A DNA stretch of 39,757 nt from a virus. Taxonomy: Duplodnaviria; Caudoviricetes. The notes beneath the pieces are model-generated. The model had not been told where the DNA came from, ran no database searches, and was given only the letters and a program-made list of their open reading frames with translations. The stretch is taken from IMG/VR virus record IMGVR_UViG_3300032313_000292, positions 1 through 39,757 of that record. One strand, given 5' to 3'. This document shows positions 29,653 to 37,563 of the stretch, piece after piece; within the stretch, counting starts at the first letter, position 1, and each line of letters starts with the position of its first letter. A program made the position numbers and the translations under genes.

Positions 29653-30113
29653 TACTTGGCTCGTGGTGGCCAGTAAGCCTTTTCCGCATCTACTGCACGG
29701 AATGAAGGGCGCTTTGGATTCTCGGCTAGACCATCACGGTTGTCGTACACAACGGTTACACCGTCACGCTTGCAAGCCTTGATGAGCCAGTCTGGAAGTG
29801 GACCATGCTGTGTTCCTTTTACGGTCACAGTTGGAGTTGAAGATGACGAAGACGAGAACGACTTCGCTGGTGCTGGTGCTTGAACTTCTTCAGCACCTAG
29901 TTCCTGCTTCAACATGCTAATCACAGCGGTGTTCTGCTGTACTGCCTGACTGTTTGTTGTACCACCGTAAATGGTGTCCATCATGATTTCATTGATTGAT
30001 GAGAACAAAGTTGCAAACTCACCCAAACGGGTGTCTACATCTGTGGTCTTATTGGTGAGGTCTGCAGCAATTTTTGCTGAGACTTGGGTGATGATTGCTC
30101 TATCTTTATCCAT
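29652..30113 (-). CDS. Hypothetical replication-module protein
   Basis: ATG 30113 with TAATG coupling at both ends; C-terminal YDNR....NPKRPSF motif. Confidence 0.6.
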   Translation of the reverse strand: MDKDRAIITQVSAKIAADLTNKTTDVDTRLGEFATLFSSINEIMMDTIYGGTTNSQAVQQNTAVISMLKQELGAEEVQAPAPAKSFSSSSSSTPTVTVKGTQHGPLPDWLIKACKRDGVTVVYDNRDGLAENPKRPSFRAVDAEKAYWPPRAK

Positions 30114-30982
30114 TAGTTTGCCTCCTCGGCATTTGTTGTTTCGCTCGTGATGTACGAGCCTTTGCACATTGACCATACAGGACACCAACGCTGTGAGCAT
30201 AGGTAATGCTGGTCATTTACTATCCATCGTGTTGATGGCATTTTCGCTTGAACCGTCAACAGGTTGTTGACGAGTGCGATTGTTTGGTCAATTATCCATT
30301 GACCGTGTTCTGGTGTTCGTGTAATAGAAACGATTTGTCCTGTTGACGAAGCGTTCCTAATCATAACACCAAAATTGAATTCAACCGGGTACTCAATCAT
30401 TCCCAACGCATGGGATGCTTCTGCGTACACAGCAGACTGAACGTTTTGTGTTTGCTTCTCTGCTTGGTAATACTTTCGAGCCGCTGTCTTCCAGTCCCAA
30501 ATACCTTTCGGGTGGAAGTAATCCATCGTTCCCTCAAACCAGAGTTCATACTCAAACAGTTCGTTGTCCACATTCGCAACCTTAGTTGCAAACTTGTACT
30601 CAGAAATGCCACCCAATGGAACATGAGGCATGATGTCACTCACCCAAGCGTTAGCCATTGAGTTGATGTGCTTCGCCCAGTTCTTCGGGTCGGTGTTGGT
30701 GATGTTGATTTTCTTTCCTTCAGCGTTCAACGCTTTCTCACGCTCAAAGAATGAGTTCACAGAGTACTCACCAATGTCTTCTGGTTGGATTTCGCTGTTG
30801 AGAACTTGCTCAATTCCTGCGTGCACAGCCGTGCCCATCATTGCTGAGTCGTTTTCTTTGCGTGTCTCAGGGTGTAACGCCGTGAGCCTTGCTCGTTCGG
30901 GACACATCAAGGCATCACCAAGCCATGACTGGCGGATGAAAACTTTGGTTACGTCGTAGCCATTGTTGTTATCTAATCTCAT
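30113..30982 (-). CDS. PD-(D/E)XK exonuclease (RecB/Cas4-like)
   Basis: CP, GTAVH, E...GTMD...DWKT, Q...Y and C-terminal C..WC....C motifs. ATG 30982 has an AAGGA SD. Confidence 0.85.
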   Translation of the reverse strand: MRLDNNNGYDVTKVFIRQSWLGDALMCPERARLTALHPETRKENDSAMMGTAVHAGIEQVLNSEIQPEDIGEYSVNSFFEREKALNAEGKKINITNTDPKNWAKHINSMANAWVSDIMPHVPLGGISEYKFATKVANVDNELFEYELWFEGTMDYFHPKGIWDWKTAARKYYQAEKQTQNVQSAVYAEASHALGMIEYPVEFNFGVMIRNASSTGQIVSITRTPEHGQWIIDQTIALVNNLLTVQAKMPSTRWIVNDQHYLCSQRWCPVWSMCKGSYITSETTNAEEAN

Positions 30983-31116
30983 GTTTTTCCTTTGTTTGTT
31001 TTTGTGTACGTACATGTTTGCGCCGTTGCCTAAGCAACAGGCGCATAACTACTGGCTAGACCCCCCCTTTCCCCCCCATTGTGACAGACAATGAGAGGGA
31101 ATGCTGGGGTGGTCAG

Positions 31117-31138
31117 AACTGATATTGAAGTATCAGTT
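31117..31138. repeat. 22-bp palindrome copy 1: AACTGATA-TTGAAG-TATCAGTT
   Basis: Read directly; 2 nt after the stop of the SLT gene. Confidence 0.9.
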
Positions 31139-31140
31139 TT

Positions 31141-31560
31141 TTACAGACCCCACGGACCAAATCCGTTGTCATATCGGGCTTCTGCATAGTTGTGAATAGC
31201 AAGTGCTGCTCTCAGGTTGCGGTAAGGACCGAACAGCCCCTCAGAACGGCTTACAATGCCTCTAGAAGCCAACCACGGTGTCCAGAAGCCATTGATTTGC
31301 ACCAATCCTCTTGAACCACCCATTGGGTCTTCGGTGTTGTGAGCGCCTGTGTTGCATCGGCTTTCTCTCCACATCAGATAATCCAGTGTTGGTAGAAGTG
31401 ACGGTTTCCACCCTGCATCAACAGCGGTTTGCCACCACTGAGGACAACGGGCAGAGGCAGAAATTTCGACCGGCTCTGGAACATCGTGCTTGGTAAAAGA
31501 AGTGGGGGGCACGAAGCCCCCCACACCTAATGAAATTGAGATAAGTATTTTTGCTATCAA
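31141..31560 (-). CDS. Secreted lytic transglycosylase (SLT-like)
   Basis: Hydrophobic N-terminus, RESRC catalytic Glu, GLVQIN, NL.AA and PW motifs. Confidence 0.8.
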   Translation of the reverse strand: MIAKILISISLGVGGFVPPTSFTKHDVPEPVEISASARCPQWWQTAVDAGWKPSLLPTLDYLMWRESRCNTGAHNTEDPMGGSRGLVQINGFWTPWLASRGIVSRSEGLFGPYRNLRAALAIHNYAEARYDNGFGPWGL

Positions 31561-31785
31561 CTATTCCCCCCTTAGTGCTTCCAATAAAACATCTTCCATC
31601 TCGCCTTTGGCGGATAGAAGTTCTTCCAACTCTGCATGAGTTGAGTCGGCTCTCCGACCATCACCTAGACGCTGGGTTTTCTTTGCCAGTTGGTCTACGC
31701 CGATAGCGAGAGACTTGACGACAGCACGTAACTCAGAGAGAGTTAGTGTCACCTCAAGGGTTGGTTCTTCTTTGCGATTACTCAC
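31561..31785 (-). CDS. Hypothetical protein
   Basis: GTGA overlap with the upstream gene; helical. Confidence 0.6.
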   Translation of the reverse strand: MSNRKEEPTLEVTLTLSELRAVVKSLAIGVDQLAKKTQRLGDGRRADSTHAELEELLSAKGEMEDVLLEALRGE

Positions 31786-32315
31786 GGTAGTTGCCTTTCA
31801 TTCTGTTTTGTTGATGAGACCTTCAATGCACGAACGACATCGTACAAGTCTTGCATGGCACTTGCTAATGAGCCCATTGCGTTACCTTCGTCGTATGTAA
31901 CGCTTTCTTCATCCGTAAATCGGATAGAAGAGCCCATTTTTCCGTTGTGCATCATTGTCATGAGACGCACACGCCTACGCTCAGGGTGTTGTGATGGTGC
32001 AACTTCGTTGTTGTCATCATTGTCTTTGTCAATGGGTGCAGCCCAACCCGTAGTCACAACAGCAAAGCCGTTGTAACCAGAGTCAAACAACAAGACGGCA
32101 TTGAGTGTGTCGTCAAGCATTTCGTAGATGTCTGCATGTTCTGCAATCAATCTGATTGCTGGCACTTCACCACGAACATAATCAACGGCAAATAACTTTG
32201 CTGTTGATGACTCGAATGGTGTTGATGTCATGCTCTCTATCTTTGTTGCAACAGCATGGTCAATCTCTTGCAGAGTTTGTCCAAACTTTTCTGAATAGTT
32301 GATTGGTGTGTTCAT
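31782..32315 (-). CDS. Hypothetical protein
   Basis: ATGA coupling with whiB; GWAAP...PSQHPERRRVRL motif. Confidence 0.7.
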   Translation of the reverse strand: MNTPINYSEKFGQTLQEIDHAVATKIESMTSTPFESSTAKLFAVDYVRGEVPAIRLIAEHADIYEMLDDTLNAVLLFDSGYNGFAVVTTGWAAPIDKDNDDNNEVAPSQHPERRRVRLMTMMHNGKMGSSIRFTDEESVTYDEGNAMGSLASAMQDLYDVVRALKVSSTKQNERQLP

Positions 32316-32563
32316 TTCTTTTTATTCTTTCTGTAGTCGGCTTTGCCGTTTGTTAGTGTGATACCACCCCAAATGCCCCATGAATTGGTTGCTTTACCGT
32401 AGGCAAGGCACTCAACTTTCATGGAACATTCAGAGCAAATTGCTTTTGCTTGCTTCCATTCTTTCATTTTCTGTTTTGTAGGTGGCCATTCTGGAAACCA
32501 CCACACAGTTGGTTGGGACTTACACTTTGCTCTAGTGAAGTCTATCGTCACAGGCTCAAACAT
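32312..32563 (-). CDS. whiB: WhiB-family Fe-S transcription factor
   Basis: C-x(n)-FP...AKAICSEC-x5-C...GIWGG. Confidence 0.9.
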   Translation of the reverse strand: MFEPVTIDFTRAKCKSQPTVWWFPEWPPTKQKMKEWKQAKAICSECSMKVECLAYGKATNSWGIWGGITLTNGKADYRKNKKK

Positions 32564-33089
32564 CTGAACCTGCTGTCAATCGGTTCTGAATAACCTTGAG
32601 TACTTTCTCTGCAATCTCGTTAGAAAGATTGCTGGTCATTGACTCAACTTTCTCATTGACCAATTCTCTAACGAATGATGCGCTCACTGTTTCACCAATG
32701 TTCACCTGTACTTGATTGTTCACCATGTTTCTGAAACGGTTGTTGCTCATGAGGTGGCGAAGAAACGCTTCGTTCTCCCACAATGGTGCTGTCAAGTCAA
32801 TGAGTTGCTGATAATCAAGGTTGCTACCAACCTCACTAACTATCTGTGAGTAGTCAATGCTTTCCAAGACCCAGTTACGCACCTTGCGTGTAAAGTCCCG
32901 GCTCTCCTCAAGATATGAGGACACAGACTCAACAACATTGTCGTGACTTGGAATGCGACCATCTACTTGACGGGTCACTTCCTGAATAATGGTTGTTTCC
33001 ATTGACTGACTGAACAATGATGGCATTGAGGCACTGTCTACAGATACCTCAAATTCCATTGTTGATGGGATTAGTTTGATTGTTGTCAT
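32556..33089 (-). CDS. Hypothetical helical protein
   Basis: AAGGAG SD with a CA-rich leader. Confidence 0.7.
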   Translation of the reverse strand: MTTIKLIPSTMEFEVSVDSASMPSLFSQSMETTIIQEVTRQVDGRIPSHDNVVESVSSYLEESRDFTRKVRNWVLESIDYSQIVSEVGSNLDYQQLIDLTAPLWENEAFLRHLMSNNRFRNMVNNQVQVNIGETVSASFVRELVNEKVESMTSNLSNEIAEKVLKVIQNRLTAGSDV

Positions 33090-33235
33090 TTGCTTTCTCC
33101 TTGTGTGTTTGTTTCTGTTTTGAGTGAATCGGGAATGAGGTCATCAAACGTGACCTCATTCAGACGGATATTGTTTTGTGCAAAGCCACGCTGAAATGCG
33201 TTCAGGTAGTATGCGTATCTTTCTTCTTGGTTCAT
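33086..33235 (-). CDS. Small hypothetical protein (49 aa; not in the ORF track)
   Basis: GGAGG SD; MNQEERYAYYLNAFQRGFAQ...; ATGA coupling. Confidence 0.6.
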   Translation of the reverse strand: MNQEERYAYYLNAFQRGFAQNNIRLNEVTFDDLIPDSLKTETNTQGESK

Positions 33236-33242
33236 GTTCCTC

Positions 33243-34247
33243 CTAGTTGTAACTTGGGTGTGTTGTTGTTTGTGGAACGACTACAGCATTTGCTGCATAG
33301 ATGTCTTCATTGAATGCTTCAACGTCATACACCTGATAGATGGCAGACCAACAAGCACATGGATACTGTGCACCACAGAAGTGGCATGCACCGCACTCAT
33401 CACAATGAGTTTCCATCACACCCTCTGGTGTTTTGTGTGCGTGAGCACAGTTGTAACACTCAATGAGTTGTGTTGTGTCGTCAATGTGAGTAGTGAACAC
33501 CTCAAACTGTTGCATCTGCTCTTCTGCTAGATACTCAAGTTCGTCATCATAATCAGGAATGATTAGACCATTGTCTTTCTTATCCCATGATGATGCATAC
33601 GAAGTCTTGCCGTATCCATAATCCCAATCGTCGTAACCCCAAAGACTGCCACTTGATTTGTATGAAGTGCCAGCGTAAGGCTTGTAAGTCACAGCCTCGT
33701 ATGAATAGTTAGACCACCACATATCTTTATCCCAGTGACCAGACTTCTCATTGAGTATGTACCAGTCTTGCTTGGCTTCATCATTAGTGGTGAGGAATAC
33801 CAACTTGGAACCAGTAGCCCATGCTTCTAGTTTCTTGTAGTACTCATCATCATCAAGTGAAGTAATGCCACCAACGCTAGGCATGATGTCTTGTGCAAAC
33901 ACTTTTGTGTCCGAACGAGTATCGCCCTTTGGTATGGCAACTGGAAGTATGCCGTTGTGACCAACGACTGATTGGTTGTCTTTACCCAAGAAGAATGGGT
34001 GACAATTAGAAACAGTCTCACTGCCGTGAGTTGCCCAACGGAAGTGAAACACAGCAGGCCCTTGATGTGTGCGACGCAAGTCCGTGAACTTGTTTGCAAC
34101 TTCATCGAAGTTCATGCTGTGGCAAGTCACAATGGTCTTGCCTGTTGATATTGCGAAACCAAACCCGTCAGGGTTTGCGGTCGCCGCAACTTTGAACCTG
34201 TCCATGTCTGGTGAGACATAATCAGGAATGAATGTTAGTAAACACAT
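33243..34247 (-). CDS. Class II (Ntn) glutamine amidotransferase with Cys-rich C-terminal domain
   Basis: N-terminal Met-Cys, NPDGFG, HFRWATHG, NCHPF, HNG and SDT motifs. Confidence 0.9.
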   Translation of the reverse strand: MCLLTFIPDYVSPDMDRFKVAATANPDGFGFAISTGKTIVTCHSMNFDEVANKFTDLRRTHQGPAVFHFRWATHGSETVSNCHPFFLGKDNQSVVGHNGILPVAIPKGDTRSDTKVFAQDIMPSVGGITSLDDDEYYKKLEAWATGSKLVFLTTNDEAKQDWYILNEKSGHWDKDMWWSNYSYEAVTYKPYAGTSYKSSGSLWGYDDWDYGYGKTSYASSWDKKDNGLIIPDYDDELEYLAEEQMQQFEVFTTHIDDTTQLIECYNCAHAHKTPEGVMETHCDECGACHFCGAQYPCACWSAIYQVYDVEAFNEDIYAANAVVVPQTTTHPSYN

Positions 34248-34285
34248 ATTGTGTTCCTTTCTTGTTTGTTGTTTGTGTGATTAGA

Positions 34286-34307
34286 AACTGATACTGGAGT
34301 ATCAGTT
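34286..34307. repeat. 22-bp palindrome copy 2: AACTGATA-CTGGAG-TATCAGTT
   Basis: Contains the TGA stop of amidoligase A. Confidence 0.9.
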
Positions 34308-35363
34308 GTCATTGGTGATTGTTGTAGTGACGGAATCGCAACGCTCAGCGAGGCGATTAGACAGAATGGCATAACGCTCTTGTGTGGCAACCCATGAACG
34401 GAATGAACGGAACGCCAAAGCATTACCAGACATAACTTTCTGAGTGTCACACTCTGTCTCGGTGTAGTTGAAGACTGCATCACAGAACTGCAACGCAGAC
34501 TGCACAGTCTTGGGATTGAGTGATGGCTTGAAGAAACGCAACTCAACTGTGTGGCGGTTCTGCAAATTGACAGCGCAGTAACGATTGTCGTTGCGACTTT
34601 CGTTCTTTGCATGCTTCATCAACGATGAATTGGTACGAGTGACATAGTTGCCATCGTCGTTGTACTCATTCCACGCATTGAGGAAATAACCCTTGTCAAA
34701 GTTAGCCCAACGCTCACTATCACGACCTGCGAAACGCTTCACATCTGTTGCGTTATCAAGTATCAACTTGAAGAACTTGAACAAATGCTTTTCGTCTTTG
34801 AATGCAGAGCGTGACAAGTGAACATGCAGACCACAAGTGCCTGTGTCCCACGACTTGCAACCTTTCTTGATAAGACCAGATATGCCAGCCCAATCAAAGT
34901 GTTCCATTGCAAAGCCCAATGTCATCGGATGCGAAACAATCTCGAATCCATGTTCCAATGAACCATCTTCCTTGAGATAAACAATGTCGTTGCTCTGCGT
35001 GTTGATTGTGTCAAGCACGAAACGTGCACAATCCTCACGAGGGAAACGACCTGTCTCCAACTCCAACTCAAAGCCCATGTACAACGATGTACGGTTCAAT
35101 GATGTTGTCTGGTCAATGACTGTTGCATAATACGATTTATGCCCGTCATCATTGAGGAATATCGCAGTTGGTTTAGCAGAGTAAGACAGAATCAACTCTG
35201 ACTCGTCGTTCTGTTGCTCTTCCATTTCGCAGACGAAATCCTCATTGCAACCGCAACAGCGATAAGCGCTGTCCCAATCGTTACTGTAGGCATCATCTTC
35301 TTCCATTGTTTCACCACAGTTGTGGCACTCAATGTATGTTGGTTCTTCTTCACTTGCAGGCAT
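34302..35363 (-). CDS. Putative amidoligase A (COOH-NH2 ligase fold, Amidoligase_2-like) with N-terminal Zn finger
   Basis: MGFELELE, DGSL..GFEIVSHP, CGLHVH, RYCAVN and TVELR motifs; N-terminal CHNC...CCGC. Confidence 0.85.
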   Translation of the reverse strand: MPASEEEPTYIECHNCGETMEEDDAYSNDWDSAYRCCGCNEDFVCEMEEQQNDESELILSYSAKPTAIFLNDDGHKSYYATVIDQTTSLNRTSLYMGFELELETGRFPREDCARFVLDTINTQSNDIVYLKEDGSLEHGFEIVSHPMTLGFAMEHFDWAGISGLIKKGCKSWDTGTCGLHVHLSRSAFKDEKHLFKFFKLILDNATDVKRFAGRDSERWANFDKGYFLNAWNEYNDDGNYVTRTNSSLMKHAKNESRNDNRYCAVNLQNRHTVELRFFKPSLNPKTVQSALQFCDAVFNYTETECDTQKVMSGNALAFRSFRSWVATQERYAILSNRLAERCDSVTTTITNDN

Positions 35364-35463
35364 GATTAGCCCTTTCTATGTTTGTTGTTTGTATCTCATA
35401 ACTTTTGTCATGAGCGAGAATGCACCAATGCATGGGGAACACTGATGCACTCTCGCCCACGCA

Positions 35464-35485
35464 AACTGATACCGCAGTATCAGTT
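35464..35485. repeat. 22-bp palindrome copy 3: AACTGATA-CCGCAG-TATCAGTT
   Basis: 14 nt downstream of the stop at 35500. Confidence 0.9.
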
Positions 35486-35499
35486 TGTATGAGCGTTGT

Positions 35500-35676
35500 T
35501 CACGCTGATTGCTCTGCGTGCACATCACCTGATTTACGCAATGCAAACAGTAGTAGTTTGTGTTGGTAATCTCGTTCTTCTTGTGACTGATTGTATGCCT
35601 TGACCATCTTCCATGCAAACTCAACGAGTTCGTCTTTCTTCATTGCATACAACGCTGTCTTACTTGTCTTATTCAT
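35500..35676 (-). CDS. Small hypothetical protein (58 aa; not in the ORF track)
   Basis: GGAG SD; MNKTSKTALYAMKKDELVEFAW...; overlaps the upstream stop. Confidence 0.6.
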   Translation of the reverse strand: MNKTSKTALYAMKKDELVEFAWKMVKAYNQSQEERDYQHKLLLFALRKSGDVHAEQSA

Positions 35677-35821
35677 TTACGCTCTCCATTTCTTTCGTTA
35701 GTTCTGCAATTTGCTTGAGCAGACGCTTGTTCTCTTCTTGCAACAACTGAATATCAGTCTCTGCATTATCTAATGTTGCTCTGATTTGCTTGAGTTGCAT
35801 CTTGATGTAACTACTTGTCAT
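35669..35821 (-). CDS. Small coiled-coil protein (50 aa; not in the ORF track)
   Basis: AAGGAG SD, ATGA coupling, heptad pattern. Confidence 0.65.
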   Translation of the reverse strand: MTSSYIKMQLKQIRATLDNAETDIQLLQEENKRLLKQIAELTKEMESVNE

Positions 35822-36624
35822 TTCTGTTCTCCTTTTGTTTTTTCTTGTGTGTCTAACATGTATTGCATGTAAGTTAGAATTTGACCCTTTGTAGGCACTG
35901 GCTCAAAGCAACGAACCTCAACAGTATTTCTGTGCAATAAGTTCACTGCACAGTATCTACCAATACTGTCATCTGGGTTGGAACTTCTTGTTGCACAATA
36001 ACGGTGTTCAGGTGCAAAGAAACTATCGACCGCTAATCTTTGGAACATTTTCACATCAGCAACGATTGCGTCAGCAAATCTTTGCGTATGTGCTTCATCA
36101 ACAAATGAAGCCCTGTTGATATGAATATGAAAACCACGCTCACCAATTCCATTGACCTTGAAATCTGATTTGATTATCGGGCTAGTCCAACCCCAGTTGA
36201 AATGATTTTCGTAGTAGAAGAATGTCGCAGGTTGCGAAATAATTTCGAATCCTTGTTCCAACGAACCATCTCGCTTGCACATCACATCTTCCGTGTAAGA
36301 AAGAATATTTGCAGCGAGTTCTTCCGACTCAAGTGCATGAGGTGTTCGCTTGCTTGCTTCTAATTCCAACTCAAACCCCATAACAGGTGTCTCCGTGCCA
36401 TAAGCAAATGGTGAATCGCCATTGTTGTGATACAGACGCATTCTGTCGTGGATACCGTGACCAAACTTGAATTCTTTGCTGAAACTACTTGAGTATGGGC
36501 GAAGAACACTGAGTTCGTCACGTGCAAAATCTTCCAACTCTTGAAGAAGTTCATGCTTTGATAATTCGTCAGCATTGTTGATTAGGTGGATAAAACTACG
36601 CAAAATTGCTACTTGATTATTCAT
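35818..36624 (-). CDS. Putative amidoligase B (paralogue of 34302-35363)
   Basis: MGFELELE, KRDGSLEQGFEIISQP, GFHIH, RYCAVNL and TVEVR motifs. Confidence 0.85.
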   Translation of the reverse strand: MNNQVAILRSFIHLINNADELSKHELLQELEDFARDELSVLRPYSSSFSKEFKFGHGIHDRMRLYHNNGDSPFAYGTETPVMGFELELEASKRTPHALESEELAANILSYTEDVMCKRDGSLEQGFEIISQPATFFYYENHFNWGWTSPIIKSDFKVNGIGERGFHIHINRASFVDEAHTQRFADAIVADVKMFQRLAVDSFFAPEHRYCATRSSNPDDSIGRYCAVNLLHRNTVEVRCFEPVPTKGQILTYMQYMLDTQEKTKGEQK

Positions 36625-36666
36625 GTCTGTTTCTCTTTTCTGTTTGTGTGTTTGTTTGTGTACGAA

Positions 36667-36688
36667 AACTGATACCGCAGTATCAGTT
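36667..36688. repeat. 22-bp palindrome copy 4: AACTGATA-CCGCAG-TATCAGTT
   Basis: Contains the TGA stop of 36683-36922. Confidence 0.9.
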
Positions 36689-36922
36689 CCAGTCCTTTAG
36701 TTCCCATGTCTTTGGGTCTAGTTCCCATTCTCCACCCAAATAAACATTATTCGTTGGGTGATTACGCTTAGACCAATTCTGATTTTCCATTTCCAAACGG
36801 TCAAGCCATTCTTTGCTCATTGTCCAATCTTTCTCGGCTTTCTCGTAGCCATACTCAAATGCGAAGCCCCAAACTGCAAGCACCACAATCATTCCCATAG
36901 TAAATAACCCGAACCAATTCAT
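36683..36922 (-). CDS. Small N-terminally anchored membrane protein
   Basis: AAGGAG SD before ATG 36922; MNWFGLFTMGMIVVLAVWGFAF TM segment. Confidence 0.7.
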   Translation of the reverse strand: MNWFGLFTMGMIVVLAVWGFAFEYGYEKAEKDWTMSKEWLDRLEMENQNWSKRNHPTNNVYLGGEWELDPKTWELKDWN

Positions 36923-37025
36923 AACTATCTCCTTGTTTGTTGTTTGTTTAGTCCACTTGTGTGAACATGACGCAACACTATGCAGGGGGCTACACAATGT
37001 TGCGGTAACTCACACAGAGTTACGC

Positions 37026-37047
37026 AACTGATATCGCAGTATCAGTT
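37026..37047. repeat. 22-bp palindrome copy 5: AACTGATA-TCGCAG-TATCAGTT
   Basis: Overlaps the TAA stop of 37046-37492. Confidence 0.9.
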
Positions 37048-37492
37048 ATTTTGCTTCAAGCATCTTGAGCAGTTGAGCCTTTGTGTACTTCTTGGCTTCA
37101 CGCTTAGCATCAAATTGCTTCTTCTTGCTTGTCTTTGCACGCTGTCCGTCACCAGCAACCATTGCCTTGAGGCTATTCCATGATGCAGTTGCATACTCAA
37201 GTTCGCAAGCACGAATTGCACCAGCCATAGTGCCGTACTTGTTGATGAGTTTCATGCCAGCCGTAACATTCTGGCGGATAGTGTTGTCTGACCAGCGAGC
37301 CTCACCAGCGTTTAGCGGTGAGATACTTGCACTTGCATACTTGCTTGCGTCAATGCCCAATCGCATTGCTTCAAGTGATGCACCGAACCAACCTTCAATG
37401 ACAGTTTCACTGCCTTGCTTTATTTTCTGACTGTGAACAGTCATGAAATTGGTGCGGATAGTTTTCTTGCTTGCTTGCTTTGATGTTGCCAT
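37046..37492 (-). CDS. First early-arm gene; basic helical hypothetical protein
   Basis: AAGGAG SD and CA-rich leader before ATG 37492. Confidence 0.75.
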   Translation of the reverse strand: MATSKQASKKTIRTNFMTVHSQKIKQGSETVIEGWFGASLEAMRLGIDASKYASASISPLNAGEARWSDNTIRQNVTAGMKLINKYGTMAGAIRACELEYATASWNSLKAMVAGDGQRAKTSKKKQFDAKREAKKYTKAQLLKMLEAK

Positions 37493-37563
37493 GATGGCTC
37501 TCCTTGTGTTTGTATTTGTGTTAGTCGGTAACACGCCGAGTGATTACTCACTAGAGAACACAC

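Noticed and set aside
35376-35624. 82-aa - strand ORF crossing palindrome copy 3
   Set aside because: A better-coupled ORF (35500-35676) with an SD uses another frame, and the remainder is structured leader.
35745-35758. AACTGAATATCAGT (and ACTGATACCG at 29482) as extra palindrome copies
   Set aside because: Wrong spacing or half-site only, and both are inside coding sequence.
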